From: a virus
Length of the DNA: 64,000 nt
IMG/VR virus record: IMGVR_UViG_3300037493_003396
Span: 2,352 to 66,351 of that record
Direction: 5' to 3' (one strand)
In this document: positions 41,701 through 49,087 of the stretch, piece after piece
How positions within the stretch are numbered: the first letter of the stretch is position 1
How the letters are laid out: each line of letters starts with the position of its first letter
Made by a program: the position numbers and the translations under genes
The notes under the pieces: generated by a model
Database searches by the model: none
Told to the model about the DNA's origin: nothing
Seen by the model: the letters and a program-made list of their open reading frames with translations, nothing else

Positions 41701-43559
41701 TTGATGCGATCGCCGGACAGTTTCAGGCGAGAGGCGCTGCAGCTCATGGAATCCACCGTAAACAGGCAGTCGGTGACAAAGCTATTAAAGGCTATTTGGA
41801 AGAAGAACACGACCAAATATTGATTGATCATATCACGGCGATGGCTGGCGTTCTCACAAAACAAGAAGCGGCTTATGACGCGATGGAAGCCATGGGAAAT
41901 CTTAAAGACAAGACCCGGGCTCCCGAATTACGAAAATACATAAGCGGACAACTCCGAAACGATACTGAATTGGATAGAGTTTCTGCTAAGTTAAGATCAT
42001 TGGCTTTCTTATGGTATCTTGGTGGAATGATCAAATCCGCAGCGGTAAACTCTACTCAGCCGATAATTGTTGGTATCCCCCTACTTGACAGATACATGCG
42101 TGAGAAGGGTATAAAGGCGAGTGGATCTATTGCTCAATTAAATATGTCAAGAATCATTGCACAAAATCCCTCTCTTATAACGAAAGACCCCAGCGAATGG
42201 GGTGAGATGAAGGGCGTGTCGGGCTGGTTGAGAAGATATATCGACGAAAGTATTATTTCCGGTAACATGGCCGCGCAACATATCCGATTTATCAAGGGGC
42301 AGACAAGCGGTTGGGGGAGAGTTTGGAATAAAACCTTTGACACTTTGGCGACTCCGTTTGCCATGGTGGAGAAATTTAACCGTGTTTCATCAGGGTCCGC
42401 ATTATTTGAAGTTGCGTTTGAGCATTACATGAAAAACAAGACAACTGAAAGCAACGAGACCATTTATGAAATGGCGAAGAATGATGCCAACAAATTCATT
42501 AATGACGTCCATTACCCAATCGGGAAACACAACCTTCCTATTCCGGCGCAAGGTGGGGATATTGCTTCAATCGGAATGAAAACAGCCTATACATTCAGGA
42601 CGTTTACCCATAACTTCCTGTTGAATCAGTTCAATCTTTTGAGGTCAGCGGCGCAGTATTCTATAAACCCAAAGGGTAATTTAACAGCCGAGCAACAGAA
42701 ACAGGTGAATATCCAAGCAACCAACGATTTAAAGACCTTTATCCACACCATGGCGCTCTTGGCGATGTTTGGTGGAATGATGGGATTACCGTTTCTAAAA
42801 GATATATTCGACTGGTATGAAGAAAAGTTCGGTTTTTCGCCCAAGGAATGGGTCAGGCAGAGTTTAAGAGGAGTGGGTGGGGAAACGCTCGAGGTTCTGG
42901 GGATGGGTGGCATACCGGCGTTCCTGGGGGGAAATATAAGCGGTTCCTTAGCAATTGGAGTCCCCTTCATGGGAGATCAGACAGCTTTAGAATCCATCGG
43001 TGGAGTTTATGCCGGCTTAGCTAAGAAAATTGTAATGGCAGGGCAAGCCGCCGCAAGGGGTGACGTTTATAGAATGTCCGCCAATCTTACTCCGGAGTTT
43101 CTGAGAGGTCCGATAGTGGCTTTGACGGAGTCTGATTTTGGCAAAGAAGTTGTCGGTTCGCGGGGAATTGCAACCACACCACAGGGGATGCCCTCTTATG
43201 CTTCTACCGGAGAGCCCTTATCTTACAAAGGCGGAGAAGCGGTTCTTAAAGCGGTAGGTTTTCAGCCGACCCGAATAGCCAAAGAAAGAGAAATAGAACA
43301 ATCTGTTAAGAAACAGGTCATGTGGGCGAACGAACAGAAGAAGAACATTTCTGAAAGTTACCGGATTGACCGAATCCAGAACAATAAAGATGCCTTAAAG
43401 ACCATGATGAAGGACATTAAAGAATTGAATCAGAAGATCGCCGATAGGAAAATACCGGTTCCGAGGGCTTCTATGTCCACAATTATCAAGAGTTCAATCG
43501 CAACAAAAAGTCTCCAAAAGAGAAGGGAATTGGCAAGGCGCCTCGAACTAGCTGAATAG
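32745..43559 (+). CDS. giant polyvalent internal virion protein (DdrB-like ParB, ART-PolyVal-like, zincin-like, PLxRFG-type C-terminus)
   Basis: NPFDQFD N-term; TSHD..LQER..GAP..VEAGNSR; VFHGT..GYDGVVY..ADPVTYDEKGQIVPLSERFN; GHELSH..EEFAAD; AFLWYLGG..SAAVN.TQ. Confidence 0.85.
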   Translation: MANPFDQFDTDNSDNATNPSANPFDKFDTDAEGSSSLLRRGIADPLVGLARGFAVGIPETLTGLADIATLGKFGIGVDQLGEMAGVSKPLEHVFAKGREAFDQYLTPETRQAQQEVSETKGFFPQVGAVLQRPSVLAQVVADSIPGMVGGSLVANLGMKALGKGAVKIAPKLLAEAAGATKVAEGMPAAQKLAIESIDAIKKANTSKAVLTGGLAEIGVTAGQNAEQTRQQTPNDELTAEQAAIISASAVVTGLIGYGSGKFSQYLGLADPQTMIAMAVNRGVPRTAAEGVTWKESVKNFLKTMAKEGLLEELPQSIQEQAAQNIALGKPIDDGVWEAGAMGMLAGMAQGGGAHVIQGLLSKDPHHQEIERQISETDPEGQVKIAPPLEAFNMEGLTANNVVVEPEPVSTVPKLQPGAPEEDVLNSLSQNIEQRAISTDALINLVQTYPAGSPVSNMAQAEIDRRSPVVGAEIQNNIDILSLKNIEIRDVLGSPDKLESYAKKNNILVSEAQKKLETALSGNVVKITDLKEKAVSSQAATRPQNIVSGEVEGVKAQGKEDTIESKFGEVKIKYGLADANDVLTSHDENGVANKNYDQSLQERPANDPTFATRVQERAGSRMKVNLLGMAPTVTDGAPQIYKDMVVEAGNSRAEAIRFTYRMARAGNQEYVAAADKYKKWLADRAESFGFTREQVEAIPEPMLVRERTTEVTDRAKWARETNVPQADKQNQIEIAKRYSSEIDESMLAKLDMGEEGNVAAASNYGFLQALSTKIGSNEARGMNAGQKISSEFAQLVEMSLFQKAFGNIKGGETFIELLAQAQDSEINPLVNSLLASVEPYVKLNSLYANDPNNITPFVIRAVSILKGALKNHKSGKDATIPEQNAVFKQLLQAGLMDTDSSYVKELAIDLEALKRTPKKLREFLKDLARRSYEDIKAQSSPGLFKMEPLAKEEIYETVAKEHQLNEESRQNKIRRLTRNDQGALVKTKSNTGEGGKESGDRGSGETSRGETQKLKTSPAVNYHYIIQVQIPKYADKNGKLKEVKTQGWSDGDAIKNVRGQLARELGVSIQSIPTDKNLYKIISKETGRPADLRASAAAFHGGHKFDKFKLDQETARTGAIAKMKGAQNVDQKYLELAKEPIKNKVALQQMADAAAKKAGYTTEVFHGTTKFILSNETDETGAYRVKPRNLHVFRGGHFGTENQARQHVAAQGYSKKLEGTILRLYMKDDTKLMRSDDIKGGGWDTIVRDARAKGYDGVVYKNEYEPNAPLSDFVENYEKYRAEALSKIPKDIDVMDIDPEIMESLSKGAFQTILFSKSQLWLIARGEIREGGDQNFADSYTLVDSSKVKLADPVTYDEKGQIVPLSERFNKNRPEIFASVTGIDKRLLEQGLKGNKINDQDMAMYEKTLLNRLTSLTKEDFSVVGEDLERVVKSITKKGEFYERSATQIAEGGISGIPADHPRQRRALEANEGLIARSPEIFNPAIIEGIKKKRLAQGAIALLKVEQARVQAKKADLTGRWKSDRTGSYALQNEITVANNRLADIAKTISDIEALVEPALEVDTQAHKTNAEAFELGRKNGYDVIFMKDNYHTLNAFINTTRKQIFVATGGKFTALQLVGHELSHVGVDGHASNLETQALIDKKSPAVKQYWEALNEAAGVKFSESAMLEEFAADLQGGIKENFGVNLDEGLIQQSTVYGMTDMLTNIPKEVDVIARGPTYKEVTKPEIKSAHQQTLDLVVNHDTKPMAFGKSIDEYEKATGKKFPFRELVEALDKKYIEVSYDSSKMSNKNAFADFSDNTIYINTKKFKEGDWKGSKTDTHLESELAFRGVMALVETAETGKPTQDLIRLRSELTSFKQSLAPFLSQASPEATRIYGLISKSGDVRNMMGFMTNSDFAGWLNSIPDYSSAKPGGSFWSRLKDIVLKYVGKITATGRTKLDELSSIMDKYVLLGKGENILAEARRYESPKDFIRATSYRNTSETTVRGGVEVYIFKNNKNETRYEPINLEQAASMGWNLEKSKDILRRITEIQYANPTLETEKGRRDLATLAMYQEKLKKIVQPIMTENQRLTQIWNTAHGVTAKESAARNLAEREAFAEQQKMTQPIVPKEEKVGGTKREITLAKEAAGFSISNIKKTFVVGERPELPVKKGKTGIETLADQNLIPLANHYVKAVNDPEKYGSPKAIKRALVKSIMEMYPKGEGNYILQRAEKYFEVMDAVSETLAERVQPEFKIDSKDEIAAQKEIQREQAWIDRTRAWQSGAQVTAPVVKKPEPKVIDRTEPTNRYILRRNGQEIGSVDMDINGDTIQMHALVLPRKAHLSGVLSNIFRQNPDVQNITMEVNPAVGKVERKATQIMGGYLTTLGGKFNFNLDGKSEYVLNRDDLGTAIDNREEMVVKPETLYNQPKVTQANFGLIDDYFNSQVLSPEDVADVAEERAAERLIKGLKQNIEEEFSTEADVDAVIDEEAASDIVDAQFLNTSVAWHKVVLPRTSKDLERMIDGDWFRNPTNMPEAEGKRMRNVLSNYGGIAWPKLREWLSLPYQNALKSVDWKSIYKIFGVDRIENRERMSHEWFQKAEMYLNRRHYYKAENYTKKQMKEADYNIGRVLTIGDENLRNIMFGIQDQVKELDAEIKQSGPLFDNSALENKKAALEAEIKRYQDDRAYSFEEVQDGVEDWDGKKIKLNKLEYGMYRAARSTEDQIFAKILEHHKKMLFKQYQKQKWYKILSAALGSDLSEEDSQKIIDKLQLASGNKSIEKVTKKQVAVKLQNIFKQIDKSFKEKDKSFEQWDVLNTYKEISGALNKEFTELRTMISALAPSLTGAELDQAVKEIFVAYQRTLPRLKKLRDLRNNWNNWPGFFPRKRKQGAVKMQMFEEYATAAGVIKKREMFSTMFNSPGEAESIYGDLLDRYGVMVDGKKTLPGKYKFEYPFVSKTAEGSFDGMKDFNLQALLDSAFDNMQASGSQYFDAQGNKVDLKGEVWDAAFDAIAGQFQARGAAAHGIHRKQAVGDKAIKGYLEEEHDQILIDHITAMAGVLTKQEAAYDAMEAMGNLKDKTRAPELRKYISGQLRNDTELDRVSAKLRSLAFLWYLGGMIKSAAVNSTQPIIVGIPLLDRYMREKGIKASGSIAQLNMSRIIAQNPSLITKDPSEWGEMKGVSGWLRRYIDESIISGNMAAQHIRFIKGQTSGWGRVWNKTFDTLATPFAMVEKFNRVSSGSALFEVAFEHYMKNKTTESNETIYEMAKNDANKFINDVHYPIGKHNLPIPAQGGDIASIGMKTAYTFRTFTHNFLLNQFNLLRSAAQYSINPKGNLTAEQQKQVNIQATNDLKTFIHTMALLAMFGGMMGLPFLKDIFDWYEEKFGFSPKEWVRQSLRGVGGETLEVLGMGGIPAFLGGNISGSLAIGVPFMGDQTALESIGGVYAGLAKKIVMAGQAAARGDVYRMSANLTPEFLRGPIVALTESDFGKEVVGSRGIATTPQGMPSYASTGEPLSYKGGEAVLKAVGFQPTRIAKEREIEQSVKKQVMWANEQKKNISESYRIDRIQNNKDALKTMMKDIKELNQKIADRKIPVPRASMSTIIKSSIATKSLQKRRELARRLELAE

Positions 43560-43610
43560 ATTAACTTAAATTCTTTAATAAAATTTATTATAAATTATTA
43601 ATCTTTTTAC

Positions 43611-43639
43611 TTGACATTAATCAAACAAATTGCTATATT
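43611..43639 (+). promoter_or_regulatory. sigma70 promoter of replication region
   Basis: TTGACA-17 bp-TATATT with TGn extension and AT-rich upstream element. Confidence 0.8.
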
Positions 43640-43668
43640 GTTGTCAAAATCAAGAAAGGATAATATCA

Positions 43669-43812
43669 ATGAAAGAACAAGACATTGACGCAATTAAGGA
43701 ATTTGGTCTTTTATCGGTTGGTAAAAAATCTCTCATAAAACATCTTGAAGGCGGAAAGTTATCGCGCAAAGAAGCAATGGACGCAAAGTGTTTTGACTTG
43801 ACAAAATGTTAA
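43669..43812 (+). pseudogene. 5' half of a small Cys-rich gene split by HNH insertion
   Basis: ...LSRKEAMDAKCFD ends at 43797; matching half CMGYFADGRQDCRIPDCPLY resumes at 44279. Confidence 0.7.
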
Positions 43813-43831
43813 TTGTGGTTTAATTAATCGT

Positions 43832-44386
43832 ATGAAGACATTAAAATGCGAAACATGTGGTGTGCCTTTTGAGGTAAAACCTTATAGAGAAAAAACCGCT
43901 CGGTTTTGTTCATCTAAGTGCTGGACTACCTCACCGGAAAGCAAGAAAATTGTTTCCGTATCACAAATTAAGAGGCACAATCTAAAACCAATAACAAAGG
44001 GGAATAATCCAAACTGGAAAGGAGGGATAGTTTCTGATGCCAAGTTAAGACTATGCCGCAGTTCTTGGAAGAAACTAACGAAAAGAATTTTAGAGATATA
44101 CAACAATACCTGTAGATACTGTGGCAATATGAAGGATTTACATGTTCACCATATATTACCTTTTAGAGATGGGGGGTTGGACATCGAAGATAATTTAGAA
44201 TTAGTCTGTAGCAAGTGCCATCCGAAGGTAGAAAAGGAAGGCGTTTTACAGAGAATTATTAATAAAAAATGTGAGCAATGCATGGGTTACTTCGCTGACG
44301 GGAGGCAAGATTGTAGAATTCCCGATTGCCCCCTATACACCTTTAGACCTTACAAAGATAAGGCAGAAAAAAAAGCAACGGAGTGA
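43832..44386 (+). CDS. HNH endonuclease fused to captured host-gene C-terminus
   Basis: NPNWKGG, CRYC..HVHHILP..NLELVCSKCH, then CEQCMGY...CPLY. Confidence 0.88.
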   Translation: MKTLKCETCGVPFEVKPYREKTARFCSSKCWTTSPESKKIVSVSQIKRHNLKPITKGNNPNWKGGIVSDAKLRLCRSSWKKLTKRILEIYNNTCRYCGNMKDLHVHHILPFRDGGLDIEDNLELVCSKCHPKVEKEGVLQRIINKKCEQCMGYFADGRQDCRIPDCPLYTFRPYKDKAEKKATE

Positions 44387-44433
44387 CGTGGGGATAAAAC
44401 GAGCAACCATAATATCAAAGAAGGATAGAATCT

Positions 44434-44631
44434 ATGTACAACCACATTTTGAGAGGATTAATCGTCAACAGAGGGCTTACGCAAGAGAAGTTTTCCAAGT
44501 TAATAGGAATATCGAACGTAACATTATCACACATTATGCGAGGTTATAATTGTAAACTTAAAAATCAACAATTAATAGCGGATTATTTTAACAAACCAAT
44601 CAATTCAATATTTAAAGGGAGGGTAAAATGA
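44434..44631 (+). CDS. Cro/XRE helix-turn-helix regulator
   Basis: RGLTQEKFSKLIGISNVTLSHIMRG. Confidence 0.88.
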   Translation: MYNHILRGLIVNRGLTQEKFSKLIGISNVTLSHIMRGYNCKLKNQQLIADYFNKPINSIFKGRVK

Positions 44632-45083
44632 GTGAAAAAGGTAAGGGTAAAGCGGTAGTAGAAGTTGTTCTTGAAAAGAAGAAAAAGAACGGAGATCCAT
44701 ATTGGGGAATCATTATTGATGGAAAAGAATATTATGACTCCAAAGGAAATTTCAAAGACAAGAAGGGGCAGGAAGTTGAGTTTGAGTATTCTACTTCCGA
44801 TGATGGTAATATTACTTTTATTAATCCTGTTGGTGGTGGTTTTAAGGGTGGTTCCGGCGGTTCGCGGGCTAAGTCTCCCGAAGAAATAGCCTTGCAGAAA
44901 AAGAGCTTTGCCTATTCTTACGCAAAGGATTTAACTTGTGCAATAATCGCCGCGCACGCGCCGTTAACGAAAGCCCTTCCGGAAGGAATGAAGTATTTAG
45001 ATTTTCTTTCTTTCATGTCGGATGCGGGGCTTGTGATGACCACAAAAATAGCAGAAGGAATTATCATGAAATTTAACGAATAG
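44628..45083 (+). CDS. hypothetical protein, possibly ssDNA-binding
   Basis: Beta-rich N-term, Gly linker, helical C-term; replication module. Confidence 0.5.
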   Translation: MSEKGKGKAVVEVVLEKKKKNGDPYWGIIIDGKEYYDSKGNFKDKKGQEVEFEYSTSDDGNITFINPVGGGFKGGSGGSRAKSPEEIALQKKSFAYSYAKDLTCAIIAAHAPLTKALPEGMKYLDFLSFMSDAGLVMTTKIAEGIIMKFNE

Positions 45084-45378
45084 TTCCATCGCTGGATTGG
45101 CGGGGTAGCAGTGAGGACATGATTGACATGAGGTTAGTGGTCAACGCCATAGGTTGTGATACACTATCTAGTGGAGATCATGAGTGACCTACCCTACCCC
45201 GCAAATAAAACTTGACACGGATATGACAAGATGATTTAAGAAACATCAGGAGCGAACCCTACAGTGAATTTAACCTTTAACAGTAATTTTAAGTCGGCAG
45301 ATATGGGCTGGAGTGCTATGCTCTCCCTGGGTATAGGTTCGCCACAAAGGGCTGTATCTGCCGGCGAAGGTTCTTCTT

Positions 45379-47133
45379 ATGATTAAAACTGCCCTACACT
45401 ACAAAAACAATCTTGGGTTAAATGTTCTCCCCATGAAAGTCACATATAACGAAGCAAAAACCAAAGAGAGAGGCAAATTATCTTACGATAAAATGCCGCT
45501 AGTCCCATGGACAGAGTTGATGACTCGCAAGGTGACAGACGAAGAAATAGCAAAGTGGTGGACTCAGTATCCTGATGCAGGGATAGGAGCAGTTATGGGC
45601 AGTATCTCAAATGGCATTATCGCAGTTGATTGCGATTCCGAAAAAGCAGTGGAAGAAATGGAAGCTAGTTTAAGTGATAGTATTTCTATTCCTTGTTCAA
45701 AATCCATCAGTGGATCAAGGCATTATTTTTTTTCCACAGATGAAGTTTATAATAAGATGGGTAGGTTTTGTGGAGATTGTGATTTGCAGGCTGAAAATAG
45801 TTTAATTACCCTTCCGCCCACACGGGGCAAAAATGGCGATTGCTACTCATGGATAAATGAGCCACTAACCGCAAAAGATTTTCCGGCGCTACACGCGAGC
45901 TTTCAAGCGAGCACTATTAATAATATATATAATAAAGAACTAACTATATATAGAGGCATTGTAAGTTTGCGGTCATCTAACACCCAAGATAAGGAACTTA
46001 CCAAACTTACCAAACTTACAACACTTACAAGAGAGAATATATGGGAGAGTGGAATCAGGGATGAAAATCTGTACCATGTGGCTCTTAATCTGCGGCGTGG
46101 GGGAGACTCAAAAGATTATATTTTCCAAACACTTAGGGCAATTATACTATCATGGGGAGAGGTTGATGATGGGTGGATAAATGCCAAGATAAAGAGCGTT
46201 ATGGGAAAAGAGGAAAAAGAAAAGAGACATATCCATCAGGAGATAATCGAGTACATAGAGACACAAAAATACTTACAAGAACCATACATACAGTTAACGG
46301 ACCTCTTACAGAACTTACAAATCTTACAGAAACCGGATAAAAACAGCGCCTATGTGAGTTTAAAGCGACTATGCGATGAGAGAAAATACATTGAAAAACA
46401 AATAGATAAGCGCGGTGTGTATCGGATTATTTACCACAATCTTGAAACGAAAATGGATTTATTAAATGAAGAGGCAGAAGTAGAGTTTAAAATGGACCTG
46501 CCTTTGAATTTGGGAAATAGAGTTGTTATTAGTCCGGGGAATATTTGTGTGATCGCCGGAAGTAAATCGAGCGGAAAAACAGCCATGCTGTTAAACATTG
46601 CGTACCTAAACCAAAATAAATACGAAATCGTCTATCTCAATTCGGAAATGCACGCAACAGAGCTTAAAAAGAGATTAAAGAAATTTGCGCCATTGAATGA
46701 TTGGAAAATAACAGGGCATAAGTGTTCTGGTAATTTTGCGGACTTTATTGAACCTGATAAGAAGAAAATATATATTGTTGATTACCTGGAAGTTCACGAT
46801 AAATTCTATGAAATAGCCGCCCCTATTAAACTAATACATGAAAAACTGGGGGATTCAGTTTGCTTCATCGGACTACAGATGAAATCAGGGGCAACATTAG
46901 GCAGGGGAGGTGACTTTTCCGCAGAAAAAGCAAGGTTGTATTTGACGATGGATTACCGCGAGGATGAGAGACGGACGATGGTTACTATTTATGACGCTAA
47001 AGAACCGCGCCCCCCACACGACAATGTAAGGGGACAATCACGAGCTGTCAAAATTTTAAACGGATGTGAGTTGTTCCCAGAAGATACAGATTGGGAATGG
47101 AAGAAAACAATAAAGTATGGAGGAAAGGTTTAA
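45379..47133 (+). CDS. bifunctional primase-polymerase fused to RecA/DnaB-like ATPase
   Basis: KMPLVPW, WWTQYPDAGIG, AVDCD, HYFF, LPPT; AGSKSSGKT Walker A, IVDYL Walker B. Confidence 0.88.
   Translation: MIKTALHYKNNLGLNVLPMKVTYNEAKTKERGKLSYDKMPLVPWTELMTRKVTDEEIAKWWTQYPDAGIGAVMGSISNGIIAVDCDSEKAVEEMEASLSDSISIPCSKSISGSRHYFFSTDEVYNKMGRFCGDCDLQAENSLITLPPTRGKNGDCYSWINEPLTAKDFPALHASFQASTINNIYNKELTIYRGIVSLRSSNTQDKELTKLTKLTTLTRENIWESGIRDENLYHVALNLRRGGDSKDYIFQTLRAIILSWGEVDDGWINAKIKSVMGKEEKEKRHIHQEIIEYIETQKYLQEPYIQLTDLLQNLQILQKPDKNSAYVSLKRLCDERKYIEKQIDKRGVYRIIYHNLETKMDLLNEEAEVEFKMDLPLNLGNRVVISPGNICVIAGSKSSGKTAMLLNIAYLNQNKYEIVYLNSEMHATELKKRLKKFAPLNDWKITGHKCSGNFADFIEPDKKKIYIVDYLEVHDKFYEIAAPIKLIHEKLGDSVCFIGLQMKSGATLGRGGDFSAEKARLYLTMDYREDERRTMVTIYDAKEPRPPHDNVRGQSRAVKILNGCELFPEDTDWEWKKTIKYGGKV
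45916..46331. repeat. iteron-like ACTTAC(A/C) repeats and AT-rich tract inside replication gene
   Basis: Four 9-bp-spaced copies at 45995-46030, inverted copy at 45960, four more at 46271-46331. Confidence 0.6.
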
Positions 47134-47159
47134 GCAAAATAGGAATTTGAGGAGGTAAC

Positions 47160-47306
47160 ATGATACTCGAAGGTCATTTCCAAAAGTTGGTACTTCAAGG
47201 GATAAAAATCATTATAGCTTTGATGGTTACAGAATCAAAGGAAACAAGAAAAGAATTAATGGCGGAAGTAATACGATACTTTCAAGACATTGAAAAGTCA
47301 ATTTAA
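47160..47306 (+). CDS. small hypothetical protein
   Basis: GAGGAGG RBS, MILEGHFQKL... Confidence 0.6.
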   Translation: MILEGHFQKLVLQGIKIIIALMVTESKETRKELMAEVIRYFQDIEKSI

Positions 47307-47330
47307 TCAGCACCAGAAGGAGGTAACAAA

Positions 47331-47639
47331 ATGAATAAAGAACAAAGTGCTGTTAAACAGATGAAGAAACAGATGAAGTATGAAGAGAGTTTGTGGGCGA
47401 ATGTTGGCACAGAATTATTTGTTTTAGAATGGTCTGGGAGGCAAAAATGTTTCCACATCCAGAAACTTAGTGAGTCGATCAAGTCTAATTTTATTTATGG
47501 ATTTCTAACAAATACATCCAATGATTACGCCCCTATTGGGGTTTTTGATGACGTAAAGGATGCACACCAGGCGGCGGACAAATTAAGAACTGAATACGAC
47601 ATGCCCGATATGTTGGATGCTGTGGCGATGGAATTATAA
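47331..47639 (+). CDS. hypothetical protein
   Basis: AAGGAGG RBS, ORF track. Confidence 0.7.
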   Translation: MNKEQSAVKQMKKQMKYEESLWANVGTELFVLEWSGRQKCFHIQKLSESIKSNFIYGFLTNTSNDYAPIGVFDDVKDAHQAADKLRTEYDMPDMLDAVAMEL

Positions 47640-47879
47640 CAATATAACAATTAAAGGAGAAAGCAATGAAAAAAGCAAAGAGTAAAAAGATTGGCGGAAT
47701 TGTAGCGTGGATAGTGGCAACTTTTGCAAAAGACATGCACCTGTGCAAAAATCCCCCGAAGGGCAACAAAAGAAAAGTAGCCGTTAAAAAGGAGGAATAA
47801 ATGGAAGCCGTGGTCAGTTTTTTCGTAGCGTTCTTTTACATTTGTTGGAAGAACCATAAAAAAAGAAGGGAGGCGGATT

Positions 47880-48122
47880 ATGTATTCGAAAGTAGAGAAG
47901 GGGATTCCTATTCCAGAAAAAAAGCCTAAATATCCTTTTGCGGAAATGGAAGTGGGGGATTCTTTTAGAGTGGATAAAGTGGACGCGCAAAAAGTCAGAG
48001 TTGCTTCCGCGTTATATTCCAGTAGAAAGAATCAATGCGCCAAATTTAAAATCGGCGTATCTATCCGGACAAAATACGAAACTGCAACCATCGAAGAATG
48101 GCGCTGCTGGAGGGTCAGATAA
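47880..48122 (+). CDS. small phage DNA-binding-type protein
   Basis: IPIP..KYPFAEMEVGDSF..RCWRV family motif. Confidence 0.75.
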   Translation: MYSKVEKGIPIPEKKPKYPFAEMEVGDSFRVDKVDAQKVRVASALYSSRKNQCAKFKIGVSIRTKYETATIEEWRCWRVR

Positions 48123-48249
48123 TGGCAGGCAAAGGGAGGCTCCAAAAGACAGATGCCGGTACTTGGATATTCCAACTTGTGGTTGATGGGAAGATAATCG
48201 ACAGTATTGAAGTGGACGAGCTGGAATTTGTTGATTGCGTGGAGGCGCC

Positions 48250-48825
48250 ATGTCAAAAGAAATAGAAATAATACCCGATAGTATTAAAGAGTTTATCAAC
48301 TGGCTCCCCAAGAGTGATTTTCACACACGGGAGAAAGCCTTTACCCACTTCTCATCAAGAGGGGTTGAGTCTTACATAATCATGGGGGCGATTTTATGCA
48401 AATCCCGTGATGCCCAGGATTGGGACAAAGCCAAATGCCAGAACATGAAGGAATACTGCGAAAACGAATTGAGGATTTCCTATACTCAGGCAATCCGGAT
48501 GATGACCATTGTGGACAAACTTTTGCCCCACATTTTAAAACACCATGAGGTCATCAAGAATATATCGTTTGTCAATCTGTATGAAGTGGCAAGAGTGGCA
48601 ACTTTGATCGATGAAGCGCAACTGGGTGATCTTCTGACTCAGGCTTCGCACGATACTGAGAGGGGATTTAAGAATAATATCCGCGAGATCGAGAAAAAAA
48701 TTACCCCAACAGACCAATGTGACCACATATCGGCAGACAAGTTCTTTTATAAATGCCGTAATTGTCAGACTATCAGACCGATTGAATTACCGGAACTAAA
48801 AAAGAGGTTCATCGATGGAACGTAA
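48250..48825 (+). CDS. hypothetical protein
   Basis: GGAGG RBS; KEYCENELRISYTQAIRMM HTH-like segment. Confidence 0.7.
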   Translation: MSKEIEIIPDSIKEFINWLPKSDFHTREKAFTHFSSRGVESYIIMGAILCKSRDAQDWDKAKCQNMKEYCENELRISYTQAIRMMTIVDKLLPHILKHHEVIKNISFVNLYEVARVATLIDEAQLGDLLTQASHDTERGFKNNIREIEKKITPTDQCDHISADKFFYKCRNCQTIRPIELPELKKRFIDGT

Positions 48826-49087
48826 ATCCTATATGGGGGCGGTATGCCCGTCCTGTGGGGGGTGGCTTTTTAAAGGTGTAAGCCATAAGTGTAGGGTGGG
48901 ACTTGATACAACGACATATCGTGTTTTGAAACAATACATAGAGGGCGAGTTTCCTAATGGAGAAAAATTCTGTGCAAGAATGTCTCCCGAAGGCGTAGAA
49001 GCCGCGATGATTCTAATAGCGGAAAAGATTATTGGTAAAAAAGTTAAAACCGCCCGAATGGTTTTTAGGAGGGATGATGGAACGTAA
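48815..49087 (+). CDS. hypothetical protein with CPSC motif
   Basis: ORF track; flanked by 15-bp direct repeat. Confidence 0.65.
   Translation: MERKSYMGAVCPSCGGWLFKGVSHKCRVGLDTTTYRVLKQYIEGEFPNGEKFCARMSPEGVEAAMILIAEKIIGKKVKTARMVFRRDDGT

Noticed and set aside
43798-44278. Group I intron interrupting the small Cys-rich gene
   Set aside because: Only about 34 nt of non-coding sequence, no room for a ribozyme core and no U/G splice boundaries that restore the frame
45071-45110. Third attC-like site (ATTTAAC...GCTGGATT...GGTAGCA)
   Set aside because: Shares the GCTGGATT box but has no central hairpin and poor R/L pairing; may be chance or a decayed site
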